A stretch of 60,941 nucleotides of DNA, counting the filler, from Dugesia japonica (taxonomy: Eukaryota): NCBI GenBank assembly GCA_001938525.1. It is 5 parts of 5 records of this genome, joined end to end, with 100 filler letters (N's around TTAATTAATTAA, not from the genome) between each part and the next. Parts side by side here need not be neighbours in the genome. Positions count along the whole stretch, not along the records: positions 36,134 to 49,099 come from MQRL01221173.1; positions 49,200 to 60,941 come from MQRL01586767.1; 3 more parts are not named here. The stretch is one strand, 5' to 3'. A program made the position numbers and the translations under genes. How positions within the stretch are numbered: position 1 is the first letter of the stretch; every line of letters begins with the position of its first letter. Positions 37,546 to 51,272 of this stretch are shown here, in pieces. The notes under the pieces were generated by a model. It worked only from the letters and a program-made list of their open reading frames with translations, did not search any database and was not told the origin of the DNA.

Positions 37546-38284
37546 AAAAACATAAAAAAAACATTAGCATCATTACCTCCTGAGTGATATAAATATATTT
37601 AATTGTGAATTTTTTGATTACTTATATATATATATATATATAATATTAATTACTTTGCTTTATAATTATTATATATAATTATAATTGAATAAGAATTTTA
37701 ATAACTTTAATTGTGAAGTGTTGTCTTGAAAATTATAAATAGGTTATGATCTATACATAATGATCGTGCGCTGTTTGTAATTTGTGATTTGACTGAAATT
37801 ATCTCAATTGAATAATATCTGATTTGTTCTGCATAATCAACAATGAATCTCGACATAAAGCATCAAATATAATACACTATTTATTGTCAATTTTAAACAA
37901 TTATCAGATATTTATAATTTGGCAGACTTTGTTATAAAATAAACTTAATAAAAAGTGCTGAAAATTCCGCAAAAGTCAACTTGTATTGCAAAATGCTCTC
38001 TAATTCAAAACTAAAGTTAATGTTTTTTATATCATATTTTTTTACAATCAAATTGTGGAACTTTGTTTTTAATTAAAGTCATTTCTTTTTAATAAAAAGA
38101 AAAGAACACCATCTGATAAAATATTTATTTGTTGCTATTAATTTCGACGGAATAACCGTCATCATCAAACAATTTATGATTATTAAAATAAACTATTTAT
38201 AAAGTTTAAATGAATACATCATTTCAATTATGCAATCTCATTAAATAATCAATAAAATAATTTTAACAGCAATGTTGAATTCGT

Positions 38285-38530
38285 CAACTGAATATTAATT
38301 TTAGAATTAAATGCCCTTATCAACAAAGCTTCAAACGTAACTCTCTCTCCCTCTGAATAATTGTTAAATCCAGATTTTAAAATCAGAAAACTCTATTGAC
38401 TTTATACATTTTTTTCGATGCTCAACAATATTACTATTTCGACTATGATCTTGTACTCTGGCGCAAATACGACAGGAAGTCTCTTCAATGTATATGGCGT
38501 TACACCTACAGTCGTAGCGAAGGTATATGC
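38285..38530 (-). mobile_element. Penelope-like element GIY-YIG endonuclease remnant
   Basis: YDCRCNAIYIEETSCRICARVQDH..SNIVEH..C..FSDFKI / RVTFEALLIRAFNSKINIQ. Confidence 0.75.
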
Positions 38531-41416
38531 CGCCGGATGCAGTCCTTAAAATTGAACGCCACTCTCATACAAATCATCCTATTGCTTTACCCTTTCTACG
38601 CCACTGGTTACATCCATAATATTTATATTTTAGTTAGAAAATTAAAAAATATCTGTTAAATATTTGAAATTTTAATTTTTCGCATTTTNNNNNNNNNNNN
38701 NNNNNNNNNNNNNNNNNNNNNNNNNNNNNNNNNNNNNNNNNNNNNNNNNNNNNNNNNNNNNNNNNNNNNNNNNNNNNNNNNNNNNNNNNNNNNNNNNNTA
38801 AAAATAAAAAAATTAAAATATAATTGATTTTTTCATATTAAATATTATTTCATAAAAGATTCCGGTTAAAAAAGAAATTGTGGAAAATAGTAAATGTTTT
38901 ACTTTGAACCAATCGGCCAATAAGTAGACATTTAAAATTTTATCACTCTATTTTAGTTTTACTTGTGTATGTCATCAATGTAATGTAATATGCATATTCA
39001 CAAACGAAATCATTTAAATCCACTTTGAATTTTATTGTATTTACTCACAAAGTATTTGATTTACTCCTAACTTTTTGTTATTCATAGTACAATAAGAATC
39101 AAAATAATTTAATGTTTATTTGAATTTGTATTTTTAATTGAATTTTAACAAACAGTATATTATCTTATTACTTTTCTTCATTTTCTGTTTTATGGAGTTA
39201 AACGATTTGGCAAGTGAGCGTATTTTTGTTTTAATATTTTTGTAAAATTATTTATTAAAAAAAAAATTTCAAGTTTTTATTTGTTTTAAATGATCATTAT
39301 TAAATATCACTTTACAAAGGATTCCTTTAACAGTTCGACTATCATAATTTGTTTCGATTATTTTTAAAATAAATCTTAATAATTATAAATATNCCTANAA
39401 TAATGGCAATTTTTATTTTAAAAAATCTTTCTTTTGAAGAAATACAAGTAATTGTTTGTTACACTGAATGATATTTATTTCCAAAATGAATAAATCCACA
39501 TCAATGACAATAATCTATAAGAACTAGGAAGTTACATAACTTACTTATATAACAGTACAAATTTAAACGCGGGCTAAACTTAAGTTTAAAAATATAACTT
39601 CTCTCTACGTTTAAATAAACAAACTCATGGATCTATTGAGTGATAAAAAAAATCAACGAAAAACAGATCTGATCAAAAAGACAGACGAAAATATTCCAAA
39701 AGTAATATAATAAATAAAAACAATATTTGAACTTAATTATAATACACGAAAACAGCTGACAGGGCAAACACCACATAAATGAAATATAAACATACTTGTA
39801 CAAACATTCAGATCATCGAAATTACACCACAACGAACATTCTATTGACGTAATTCAAAATGTCCGCCGACAACACTCAGATGATTTTATATTGGATGCTA
39901 TAATTTATTATTGGGATAAAGTGGCTTCCAATTTCAAACCTCTTATTTTATAAAATGTTCATAAATTATATTATTAAATTATAAAAAAAAATATTTTAAA
40001 AAAACGTAGAAAATGTTTAAAAAGAAATATAATGTAAATTATATATTAGATTTCAATAAAATAAAATAATAACTTCGATCAAATTAAATTGTTATTTCAT
40101 AGATATTTGAATATTCAACTAATATTTTCCATGTAATATGATATTTTTCTGCTAAAATATTATGATTTTGTTGAAAGTGTTTGAAGACTTTTTACATATG
40201 GAAAAAATTAGGAACATGCGACATTTCTACACTTCACGGGGAAAAACATGAACAAATTTTGATCAAAAAGGATTAACCTAAAATCAATGTGATTTCTAAT
40301 AATTATATAAATTAAAATAAATATCAATAAATTAAATTTATTAAAAAACGAAAAAATTTAATATAAATTTAAAATTTTAAAAATTAAGTATTTTTATTAA
40401 TTATTACACAAATAAAACATTAAATATTTATATAATAAAAAATAAATAAAACACAAATTCTAAAAAGAAATTTAAATAATAAAAATATTAATCAAAAAAT
40501 TTATATATTTTCTTTTTTCAATTGAATCAAATTAATGCAATTTTTGATAATTATAACTAAATAAACTTTTGCAAATGGAAAGAATTTTAAATATTTAAAA
40601 ATAAAATGCGAATTTAATAATTAAAATTTTCAATTTAATTAGAATTTTGAGAGAATTTTTGAATATTATAATCCAATAAAATATTAACAACTTTATAATA
40701 ATTTTATAATCGATAAAATCTATCAAAAAGAATACAATTGTCGAAAATTTGAATATCTATAAAACAACAATTTAATTTTATTCTAATAAAATCTAAAATG
40801 CGATCAATGGTTAAGTTCAACAATTATTGTCGCAATAATTGTAATTATATATATTATATATTAAATTAAAATTTGTTCTAAATAAAATAAAAATATTAAG
40901 AATAAAAAGAAAGTCTTTTTTGAAAAAAAATTTTAAAAATAAAAATAAACTACTTTAGTTTTAATTCAATTAAATACATAAAAACGTTGATTGTTTTTTT
41001 TTAAATCAATAAATAAATAAAAATAAAAATTACACTTTCAAAAAATAGAAGTAAAACGATAGTTATTTGTAATAGTTATTTGAATGTTATATTATAAACC
41101 GAAGTTATTTGAGAATACAAATTTAGAAAATTTTCACACAGTCCACAATTTATCTTAATTTTTATTGATCTCAAAGAATAAAGTTGTTCATTGAGTCAAT
41201 TATCTGGTTAATCAAATGTGAAAAATAAGAGATAAGGGATTATAGTTTTTGTCACATGTAAACTATTTTAGTTGAGATTTTCTTCTATATTATATTATTC
41301 AAATAATAAAAATATTAAATACCGATAAAGTTTTCCCAATTAATTAAAAAAATAAAAAAAAATACAAAATTCATCTAATTTACATTTGAAGAAGCAGATT
41401 TAAAGAACTAAACATA

Positions 41417-41635
41417 ATTCATTAAAATAAAAGCTTCGATCAAAATTTGTTTTTTGATAATAATTCTATATTTCGACTTTGTATTCATTATGAATTAAAA
41501 TTTAATTGACGAAGATAAAGTCGAAATATCGAATTATTATCAAAAACAAATTTTGATCGAAGATTTTATTTTAATGAATTCTGAAAAACGATCAATGGTT
41601 ACGTCGAACAATTATTCTCGCAATAATTGTAATTG
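41417..41635. repeat. Fold-back dispersed repeat (family members at 40735-40847, 56168-56355 and 60866-60941)
   Basis: A ~165-nt palindrome followed by cgatcaatggtta.gt..aacaattatt..caataattgtaatt. Confidence 0.8.
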
Positions 41636-42979
41636 TAAAACAACTAAACATAATATTAAAATATATTAGAAACTTTTGCTGCATAACAAAGTCTAATTAC
41701 GGCACTGGAGCATACTCCAAAATGAATCAATATGTGACAAAATATGAAAGAAAAGATATTGATTTGTCTAACATCGAATATTTTATCGTCTCTTAAATAC
41801 TGATACTCAAACAATTGTCTTTTAAAACGGTATTTATTCTAAAATTTTATTATTCTGGATTTTAATAAGATTTCTAAAAGCTTTCAACTACTACTGATAA
41901 TTTCAACTCTTTTTCATTTATAATATCAAACTTATTAAAACGAAACACAAATTATAATAATTGAGATTTTATATGTTTTAAATTTATAAGTGTTACTACT
42001 AATTCACTTTTGGAAAATTTCCAATAAGGCAATATTGATTTTATTTGACTACAATTAAATCGAATTATATATATACAAATATATCAAATAAGAAAAAGGT
42101 TGAAAAATATTTTGGCTTTTCAATCATTCATCAATACTTTATTATTAAGTCAATATTAAAATTGTATAATCGATTTAATATCGTTATCGATTGTCAATAG
42201 TTTATTTCAGATTAAATTTTAATTTCAATTTTGTTATGTAATACATTGCTCAACTTTAATAATTAATTCGTATTCATTTCCCAATTATTTTTTTTTTAGC
42301 ATGTCGATTACGTTATCGATTAATATGAGAAATTTAGTACATAAAATAGTAAATGTGTGTGTGAAAATTTTACAACTCATCTTATTAAATTTAGACTCAA
42401 AACGAATCGATATTCATGTATGAAGCGATCTCTCGCACAAAACATATCAATTTGCACACACTCAACTCACAACAATCGAGTATTTTATTATGTCACGTCA
42501 CAGGCGGCCTACTCAACCGTGCCATATGTCTGCGTTATTTCTATTACCAAAGCTGAGCTCGAAATGCGGCGCGACCTACAATTATGCACTCACCAACTGT
42601 GATGAGTCAGCTTAGGTATTTTGCTCGATGAAAAAAATAATTCTTTGTCTCAGATTTCGTATTAAAGAAAAGCACGATATTTATCAACTCGGTAGAACTT
42701 TACAAGCAAATCCAATGTAATGATGATGCCACACCCGATAATGTTGTTTCAAAATTGAAAAAAAAAGAAATCTAACTCACTCGGTTTGCTCGATATACTG
42801 CATCGAGTTGACTGGAAAAAATGCATCTTTGTTTTCTTCACTTGTGAAAAATAAATTACTAGCTTCTTTTTTTTATTGATTTTTACCCATGTACTTATTT
42901 ATTTGAAAATAAATTGGCACTTATTTTTAAATAGAAAATAGATTAATTAATTATAATTTTAAAAATTTGCAAATATTTT

Positions 42980-43705
42980 TTAATTAATAAAATGTCTCAC
43001 TAAATAGTTTTCTGAGTTATTATTTTGATGATTGTTTGTATTGGTATAAAGGGAATATAAATTAACTTCAGATGTTTTATTTTCTGGGCTTGGATTATTG
43101 GTCTTTGATAATTCGAATGAAATCGATGGAGATAGTGTTTCAGTTGGTGATTCATTTGCTCGACTATGATTCTGACAATTTGGTGTGTCTGATGAGCTGA
43201 TTATTTGTGAGTTGCGCATTTTTTTCCACTCTTCACTTTCAGCAATTTTCGGATGTCGACTTTTCAAATGATTTAACATTGTCGTCGTTGTACCAGATGC
43301 ATTGAATGCCAATTGGCTTTTACATTCGAGACATTCTGTTCGAGATCTATCTTCGATTCCGTCAACGTTTTTCGGATGAGTGAAATATTTCCAAACGAAT
43401 GATTTTTTATTGCCNGATTTCAAATTTTTTGATTTCGTCAATTTCGTTGATTCAGATAATGAACCGGTATGGAATTTCGTTGGAAATCCTAAATCTTGTT
43501 TGATTTCAGTCGGTTCTGGTATGAAATTCGTTACATAATTTGTTGGATAATTGAGTTCTTGTTTAATGGGATTTGTTTCAAATTCTATCGATTTCATATA
43601 TTTCGTTGTTAAATCTGTAGCTGAATTGATATCATTTGAATCAGCAGTTTCCGTGGTGTTGTCAGCAGTATTTGATGAAGTATTGCTATTGATTTCAATG
43701 TTCAT
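42980..43705 (-). CDS. Host stand-alone BED zinc-finger protein
   Basis: KKSFVWKYF..TECLECKSQL..GTTTTMLNHLKSRH within an intact 241-aa ORF with low-complexity flanks. There is no transposase domain. A likely 5'UTR intron acceptor lies just upstream of the ATG. Confidence 0.85.
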   Translation of the reverse strand: MNIEINSNTSSNTADNTTETADSNDINSATDLTTKYMKSIEFETNPIKQELNYPTNYVTNFIPEPTEIKQDLGFPTKFHTGSLSESTKLTKSKNLKXGNKKSFVWKYFTHPKNVDGIEDRSRTECLECKSQLAFNASGTTTTMLNHLKSRHPKIAESEEWKKMRNSQIISSSDTPNCQNHSRANESPTETLSPSISFELSKTNNPSPENKTSEVNLYSLYTNTNNHQNNNSENYLVRHFIN

Positions 43706-46209
43706 TTAATTTCTATAAAAAAAAATTATCATTAACTAATAAAATTATTCGATTTACAATATAAATATAATGTATGTAAAAAATAATAATTAATATACCA
43801 TTTAATTCAACTCGAGATATATAGCCAGAAGCGAGTTGTAGAGTAATTGACAAGTTTCTATTGTAGCGAAAATAGCAACTGGTCTTTATGTGCGATCTAC
43901 TCAGGCATGGCCATTAATGTTTGTAAGTGAAGAGAAAATTGTGACTATTACTTGCTTGATATTCGACCACTCGAACAACAACCAATCCATGGCGTGTGCA
44001 GCAAATGAGAAATGCAAGGCAAAGTGTGTTTGGGTGTTGCTCTTTCGTAAATATCGCACGCCTGGTTTAGCTATATCGAGCATGATTTAGATATTAGCAA
44101 AACGCATTGCTTCAGTTCGATGATATTGTGTGTATTTTTATTTTTATGTTAAATGATTAAAAACCGACACGAGTCAGGGAATAATTTTTTTTCTCTTTTC
44201 GTCTCTGTTGTTCTATCTTGTTCGCAATGAGCCAGTGTTTGGGTGTTTGCTGACACAGCCGATCGAACAAGTCTTCGCGAACTGGGACAAGACATTCATT
44301 CATCCATTAATTAAAGAAATTACCCGAGCTATCCACGAATATGTAACATGACTAACTGGAATTGTGTATATTTTTTTTTTTGACTGATTTTTCTATTTTT
44401 AATAAATCAAACTTCAATAACAGTCGGGACAAGGAAACTTATCAATTCGCAAATGCCATTTATTATCGAATAGTTTTTATTTGGATTTCGATTGGTTGAT
44501 AAATAATTGATTGAAAAGTTCAATTAGAAATAAAATTCAATATTTTAATCGATTAATTTTTACGTTTTTTTATGATAAAATTATTTTTACAAAAAAAAAC
44601 AAAAAAATTATATCAGCTTACTTTTAGAAACTGTTAACTCGAAAAAAATGAATTTGCTTTGTTAGTTCACGGTAAATGTAGCAGAGAGAGAAGAATGAGA
44701 AATCGTAGATACTTTCAGGATAATCTTTTGTTTCAATATTGATGTAGTCACTCCGAATGTGGCAGTAAGGCTTTTAATCGTATGCCCAGTAGTAATATTG
44801 AATGAATATAATGTAGCAGTCGCGTTGGTAATTGTTGTAGTTTTTTTCAATGAATGCTTTTCAAACCAGGTTTTGAATAGAATAGCGAATTGCAAGAAGG
44901 TGAAGAAACATAACTTACAAGCAATTGTGCTCGATTTAGTAACTCAAGTGGTTGTGTGTTGCTGGTGTGTTGCTTTACTGTCTGCGAGTGGAGCTGTGGT
45001 GTGCGCTGCGATTGTTTGTGTGTTTAATGTATTGTGAGCGTTGCTCATTCATCCGTGCAAGATCTGGCTGGTTACTTGTGGAGTTACAATCGACAAATAT
45101 TTGTGCTCTACTGTGTGTGTTATTCATGCTTCCTTTTTTATATCGAGAAGCTGCCTGAATCGCGATGAGGCCAAATCAATAGAAAAAACTAAACTACAAA
45201 ATTATAAATGACCTCGTTAACTCGTTTAACTGAACAATAGAGTTGAATGGTATGATTTGTTTAACGCAGCTACCGGATAATGAGCAGTAGTAGAAATGCG
45301 CACATTCTCTTGATTCACCAACCGTATCTATTTACAGACCTAATCGAAAATTTTAGTACAATAAAATTGTGCATTTAACAAATACAAATGCATTAATTAA
45401 TTGTTACTCTTTGAACTCCGATGTGCTTTGCACAATCAATAAGATTATTTTTTTATTATTACTAAATTGATTATTATTTTTTTTATTGCGTCACAAAAAA
45501 AATTATTATCAAAACAATTATATTTTCNAAAGAAAATAAAAATTCGAATTTTTCTATGAATTGTTTTTTTGAATTAAAATTTAACTAAAAATATTTGTCA
45601 TTATTTCGAATTATAAATTATTAAAGTTGATTAATGTTATTTATTTTTAATCAGAATGCATTACAAATTGATTATTATTCAAGTGCTATTCAGACTCGTA
45701 AATAATGATAAAAATCTCGTTCTAGTTTTAACGTGTTTTAAGCTAACTGACTTAAAAGAATTTTTTTTGTGATCCTTCATTTAATTTTAAAAAAAAAACA
45801 CATTTATTTTATAAGTAGTATTTCGTCATATTTAAAATTTAATATATTTTCTCAATCCAGCCAGCAATGAGATATTTTTATTAAAATTTGAAAAATACTT
45901 CCGGTTTGTTTCGATGCTTAATAAAGAAGGAGAAAAAAAATCGGTTTGAATCTGATTTTTTTTCTTTAATAAAACTCCTGCAGAGTAATTCATTTTAAAT
46001 TAGTTTATTATTATTTTATTAAATGAATTTTAATGGATATTTATTGGTTTTCTTAATTCAATAAATCTGACTTGGTTTTATAAATGGAAAAAAAAATTAA
46101 TTCGAATAAATGTCGAATAAAATTGATATTTATGTTATTAATTTTATTTCTATTAATTTCACTCTCTCAAATAATATGTACTAATATTGGATTTTAAGTT
46201 CGAAAGTAA

Positions 46210-47075
46210 AAAGGGATTTTTGAAAAAAAAATACCAGAAAAAAGAATTTTATTTAAAAAATACCTAAAAATATTTATAAAATTTGTAAAATACCTAAGAA
46301 AATAAAAAAATCAATTAAAAAAATTATTTAATGATATCAATCTGTTGTTTAATCAAATCTCGTATCTTACATATTTATTTTATTACATCTAAAATTGGAA
46401 ATGTATACAAAGAAATTCAAAGATTCCGAAACTCACCTATAGATCAATTGCTATAAAATTCAGTATTTTGAAGAGAAGATAAACAATTAATTTATATTTA
46501 ATTTTTAATTGNNNNNNNNNNNNNNNNNGTGTTAGTTAAACATGGGGCAAAAATTTATGGTTAGATGTAAAATTAAAAAGTAAGATAGGAATGTCTCATG
46601 AACCTGTATCCTAAAATGCTTCCTTCCGATCGAAAAATGGGAACAAAGGAATGTAGTATTTTGAAGACAGAGTCAAGTAGAAACATGACATTGCGCCGAA
46701 CTTTACGTCGTTGGACGCACAATTACACGACGGACAACTTGGTGTATGGAAAAAGTTCTAGTGACGTATTCCTAGAAAATTATTAAACAAAGAAATCTTT
46801 AAAAGTGGATAAAAAGCCGCCATTTTGAATTTTTTTTAATTGTTTCTTGTANAATTTGGTAAAGTATTAAAAACTATCTATACATTGTTTAAAGGATTAA
46901 CATGCAAAAATGTATATTTTACGAATAAATCACATTAATTTTTGGCACCATTTCTTTATCAACATGTATCAAAGTTGATATATATTTTTTTCTTGGGTAT
47001 TTAATAAATTCTAAAAATATTTTTAGGTATTTTATAAATAAAATTCTTTTTTTAAAGTATTTTTTCAAAAATATC
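46210..47075. mobile_element. Probable non-autonomous DNA transposon with imperfect AT-rich inverted ends
   Basis: 46216-46280 is approximately the reverse complement of 47010-47073. Confidence 0.45.
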
Positions 47076-48293
47076 AAATAAAACCTAAAAATCAACTAGA
47101 TCGTCTATAAATAAACAATTTCTTTTCTATAATTCGAGAATATTAAAATAAAATTCGAAAATAGAAATCATAATTGAAAATACAATTTGAAATAAGAAAA
47201 TTTTAACTTGAAAACAATTTAACTTATTTCTGTTCTATTCGGTAACATATTAAGGTTCTCGAGGGTTATTAAGAAAAAAAACTTTTGGAATTTGTAAAAA
47301 AGGGCATCATATGAACAAAAGAAAACATTATTTATAACAAAAATAAACAGTTTTACAATAATTTTTTTTTAAAAAATTACCGTATATTCTGGATAGAGGA
47401 AAATTGTAAGAAAATTTCAAAATCATTTTACTTTACACACTTATGAAGCAGAAATCTATGAATTATTTCTTTTCTTTATAATGGTTGTTCGATTAATGAA
47501 ATAAACATATGACTAACACAAATACGAATGATTTATTAGCTAAAATAACGGAAATTTTATAAAAAATAATAGAAAAATAATAATCTACTGTTCAGTAATC
47601 TTCCGGTTAAGTATGCACAAATAATGGTACACATCCCAGATAGGTACACATATAAAATGAAACAAATATTTGAAAAATATTTTATTGCAAATTCTTTACA
47701 AAAATGCCAAGAATTGTCAATTACCATAAATTTTTTCGATTTTCTGCTTTGTTTTGTTTGTTCTGATAATGCAATTTTTATTAATTTCTTTAAAAAGCTT
47801 TGAAGAAAACTTAGAAAACTGTTATAATTAGCCCCAGCTGCATTATTAGACATACTGAAAACTTTTGATTGTGATAAGTTGATAACAAGTCACAAAACAT
47901 CTAAAAATAATGTGGCGCGTAGTCAGAACGAAGAAGATCCTCGCACAAGTACTGCTTATTAAACAAAGCTATGTCAAATGTTCAAATAATAATTAGAAGT
48001 TCACGGGTCTAATAATCTTTTTTATAATCTTTTCATTACTGATTTGACTGATACACATTTTAATCTGTTTCTGTAGTGATATTTAATAAAGGTTTTCTGT
48101 GTAAAATTTGATTTTTTGGTATATGGTGTGGTGCATGGGTTCTTTTTAATAATAAGTATGGTCCATTTCTTAAATAGGTTGTACCACACTGATTTAATCA
48201 ATATTTAATTTCGGAAAAGTTATTAAATAATTTTTCAATTATAAATACATTATAATGCTTTTATTTCTTAAGATGATTTTTTTTTAAAAATTC

Positions 48294-48852
48294 GGTGCTT
48301 ATCCATTTTTTTCCGGCAATTTTTTTTGAAAATTAATAATTAATCTCAAATCACTCAATAATTGGAGGAATTTGCCGAGAAACCAAACAATGTTTTTTAT
48401 ACACAGTACCCGATAGATCTGCGGCAACATTGTTACGAATTATACAGAATGCAATTCTTCCAGGAACTACTATTATATCGGATATGTGGCCATCACATAA
48501 TGGTATTCAATAATTTGGCTACAAACATCTAACTGTCAACCATTCTCAAAATTTGTTGATCCGGTGACAGGTGCTCATACGCAGAATATTGAAGCCTCAT
48601 GGAACTACTCGAAAAGCAGGAACAGGCGATACTTTGGTACAGCTAGAAGTATGTTAGACAGCTACTTGTGTGAGTTCATGTGGTGACGTTGTTTCGCAGG
48701 TAACAATTTGTTTGAACAAATACTGGATGATATAACTGTATTTATGCCTCTTTAAAGGCAGTTATACATGAACATTGGTTTTATAATAAATTTGTGGTCG
48801 ATGTCAATTTTCTTTTTTCAAAAAAATTGCGGGAAAAAAGTGGATAAGTTCC
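48294..48852 (+). mobile_element. Merlin (ISXO2/IS1595-like) transposon deletion derivative
   Basis: TIRs GGTGCTTATCCA.. and ..TGGATAAGTTCC, with an 8-bp TSD AAAAATTC on both sides. Transposase C-half GGICRETK..VPDRSAATL..PGTTIISDMW..HLTVNHS/FVDPVTGAHTQNIE..YLCEFMW. Confidence 0.93.
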
Positions 48853-49099
48853 AAAAATTCTAATATTTTCATTTTCATTAAAAATTATAGGGTAAAAATA
48901 TATTTATTTGTAGAGTTTTTAGTTTAAATTTATTATTTTTCATTTGACATTTATTTTCAAAATATAAATACACTGACTTTTAAACGGATAAAACAATAAC
49001 ACATAAATAATAATAATAAACATAAATAAAACATTAAAAACCATTTTATTCTTCAAGTACATTTACACCTTAGCATTTTATGGTGTTATTGGTAACATG

Positions 49100-49199
49100 N
49101 NNNNNNNNNNNNNNNNNNNNNNNNNNNNNNNNNNNNNNNNNNNTTAATTAATTAANNNNNNNNNNNNNNNNNNNNNNNNNNNNNNNNNNNNNNNNNNNN
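49100..49199. other. Artificial contig linker
   Basis: 44 N + TTAATTAATTAA + 44 N. Confidence 0.97.
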
Positions 49200-49600
49200 T
49201 GATAAATTTCTTAAAGAAAACGATATTAAATTATATCACACTGAAAATGAAGGTAAATCAGTTTTTGCTGAAATATTTATTAGAACTCTAAAAAATAAAA
49301 TGTGGGAATATTTTACATTAGTTGGCAACCGAAAATGGGATAATAATTTATTACAAAAAATTGTAAATGATTATAATAATACAATTCATAGTTCTATTAA
49401 AGTAACTTCAAAAGAAGCTAGTCAAAATCCAGATGAAATAAAAGAAATAATCGAAGATCATAACCATGAAAATGATTTTATAAAAGAAAAACAAAAACTT
49501 AAAATTGAAGATAAAGTTAGAATCTTTAAATACAAATATAAATTTGAAAAAGGTTTTACAGCAAAATGACCAAATGAAATTTTCATAGATGTAATGATAC
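49200..49600 (+). pseudogene. rve integrase, C-terminal part
   Basis: YHTENEGKSVFAE.FIRTLKNKMW..YNNTIHSSIK..DKVRI..FEKGFTAK*. Confidence 0.88.
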
Positions 49601-49836
49601 AAAAAAGATGGATGAAACAAAAACTGAAATGAATAAAATTTTTAATATACTATTTTGAAACATATAAATTTACTAATATGGATGTATTTAGTATAGGTAT
49701 AATTAATTTAGNAGTAAGTAAATTTATTATTGAGGATGAAAGTGGTAATATGTACAAAACAGATTTAAAAGAATTCTTTGGTAAAACAATAACTTCTGAT
49801 TATGAAAACAAATCTTAATTTTTTTACTTAATAAAA

Positions 49837-50363
49837 ATGTCTCAATTAATCTGGAATAAAAATAAAAATATATTTAATAATAAAATCTTCCCATCTAATT
49901 TTAGATTATTGATAATTGGTTCTTCCGGCTCGAGTAAAAATGTTTTATAATGAAAATGTTATTAACTCCAGAGTTTTTAGATTATGATACTTTAATAATT
50001 TATTCTACAACTATAAATAAATTTGAAATACAATTAGTTTATCACGGTTTTATTAATGGATTAACAAAAGAAGATATTATTTATATTTTCGTACATCAAA
50101 ATATAATTCCTGATTCTTTATCAACACCGTTAGAAGTTGTACAATGGTTTATATATTGGTTTATATATATGGTTTATATTTTTTAAATTAAAAAAACCGA
50201 TAAAGATAATGTTTATTATGATTTGTTTAGTAACATTTTTTTTAGTAAAATTGAATATGATTATGAAGTAAATTTACATTGCAAAACTAAATATAATTAT
50301 TATTATTTAGATAGAGAAGCCGAAGTTTTAATGGAGGATTTATTTGAAGAAGAAAAAGAGTGA
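49837..50363 (+). pseudogene. Packaging ATPase with an internal deletion
   Basis: WNKNK..FPSNFRLLIIGSSGSSKNVL*MKMLLTPEFLDYD aligns with 4135-4884. The Walker B region is absent. Confidence 0.88.
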
Positions 50364-50395
50364 CAGTGAGAGTGAAAATAGTGGAACATGTTTCA

Positions 50396-50980
50396 CTTTA
50401 TTATTCATCATTTAAAATTGCTTCATTGAAATTTGGAATTTCATTTTGTTTTTCAAGGTCTTCTAAAATCTTTTTAATTTTATTTGGATTTTTATATATT
50501 TGATGCCAAGATAAAATACAATGAAATAACATTGGATATTTAAAACATAACTTATAATATTTTATTAATTTAAAAAACATGAATCTGAGTAATATATTAC
50601 ATTTCTTTTTAGAATTTTCATCATTAATGATTTTGAGTTTTAAACTTCTTTTTGAATATTANCTAATTGTTCTCCTAATTTAGAATAAACTTTATTTGTA
50701 ATATATTTATAATTAGCCAACCAAGAATCTAATGTTTTAATATTTTTAATACAAGTAAATATAGGTATTACTGTACTAGTTGGGTTAACTACTTCTGGTA
50801 AATTATCAACAACATTTTTGAATGAATTTAAAAATAAAACTTTAAAACTATCAATTCCTTCTTCTAGATCAATTTCACTATGAATTTCACACTCTGCTTG
50901 CACTAATAATTGATTACTTTCATTATCAGTTTCACTAATATTTTCATTTTGACTATCAATTTCAGTTTTAGTTTCAACAT
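50396..50980 (-). pseudogene. Uncharacterised Polinton protein, counterpart of 3104-4152
   Basis: YYKLCFKYPMLFHCILSWHQIYKN motif; convergent with the ATPase. Confidence 0.5.
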
Positions 50981-51272
50981 GATTTCTTATATCACATAAA
51001 TATTATATTTTTAATCTATATTTTAAGTTAATTTCTTTATTTTTAATGAACCCTTTTTGGCTTTTGGTTTTGCTGGGTTTTTTTAATCTTGTAATATATT
51101 TATATATGTTTTAAACAATTACAATTGTTAAGATCTTTAATCATTAAACAACTCTAAATTATTTTTATCTTGAAAAATTTTATTATTGTTTCTTCTTTAT
51201 TAGAAAGCTTTCTTTGTTCGCGAGTGTTTGAAAACGCCATTTTATATAATAAAAAAAATTTAACTTAATAAA

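Noticed and set aside
44662-45158. Overlapping ORFs rich in V/C/L or T
   Set aside because: No recognisable domain; the composition is explained by TG-rich non-coding sequence.
47557-48200. Possible decayed hAT transposase on the minus strand
   Set aside because: Only vague similarity, with no convincing motif.
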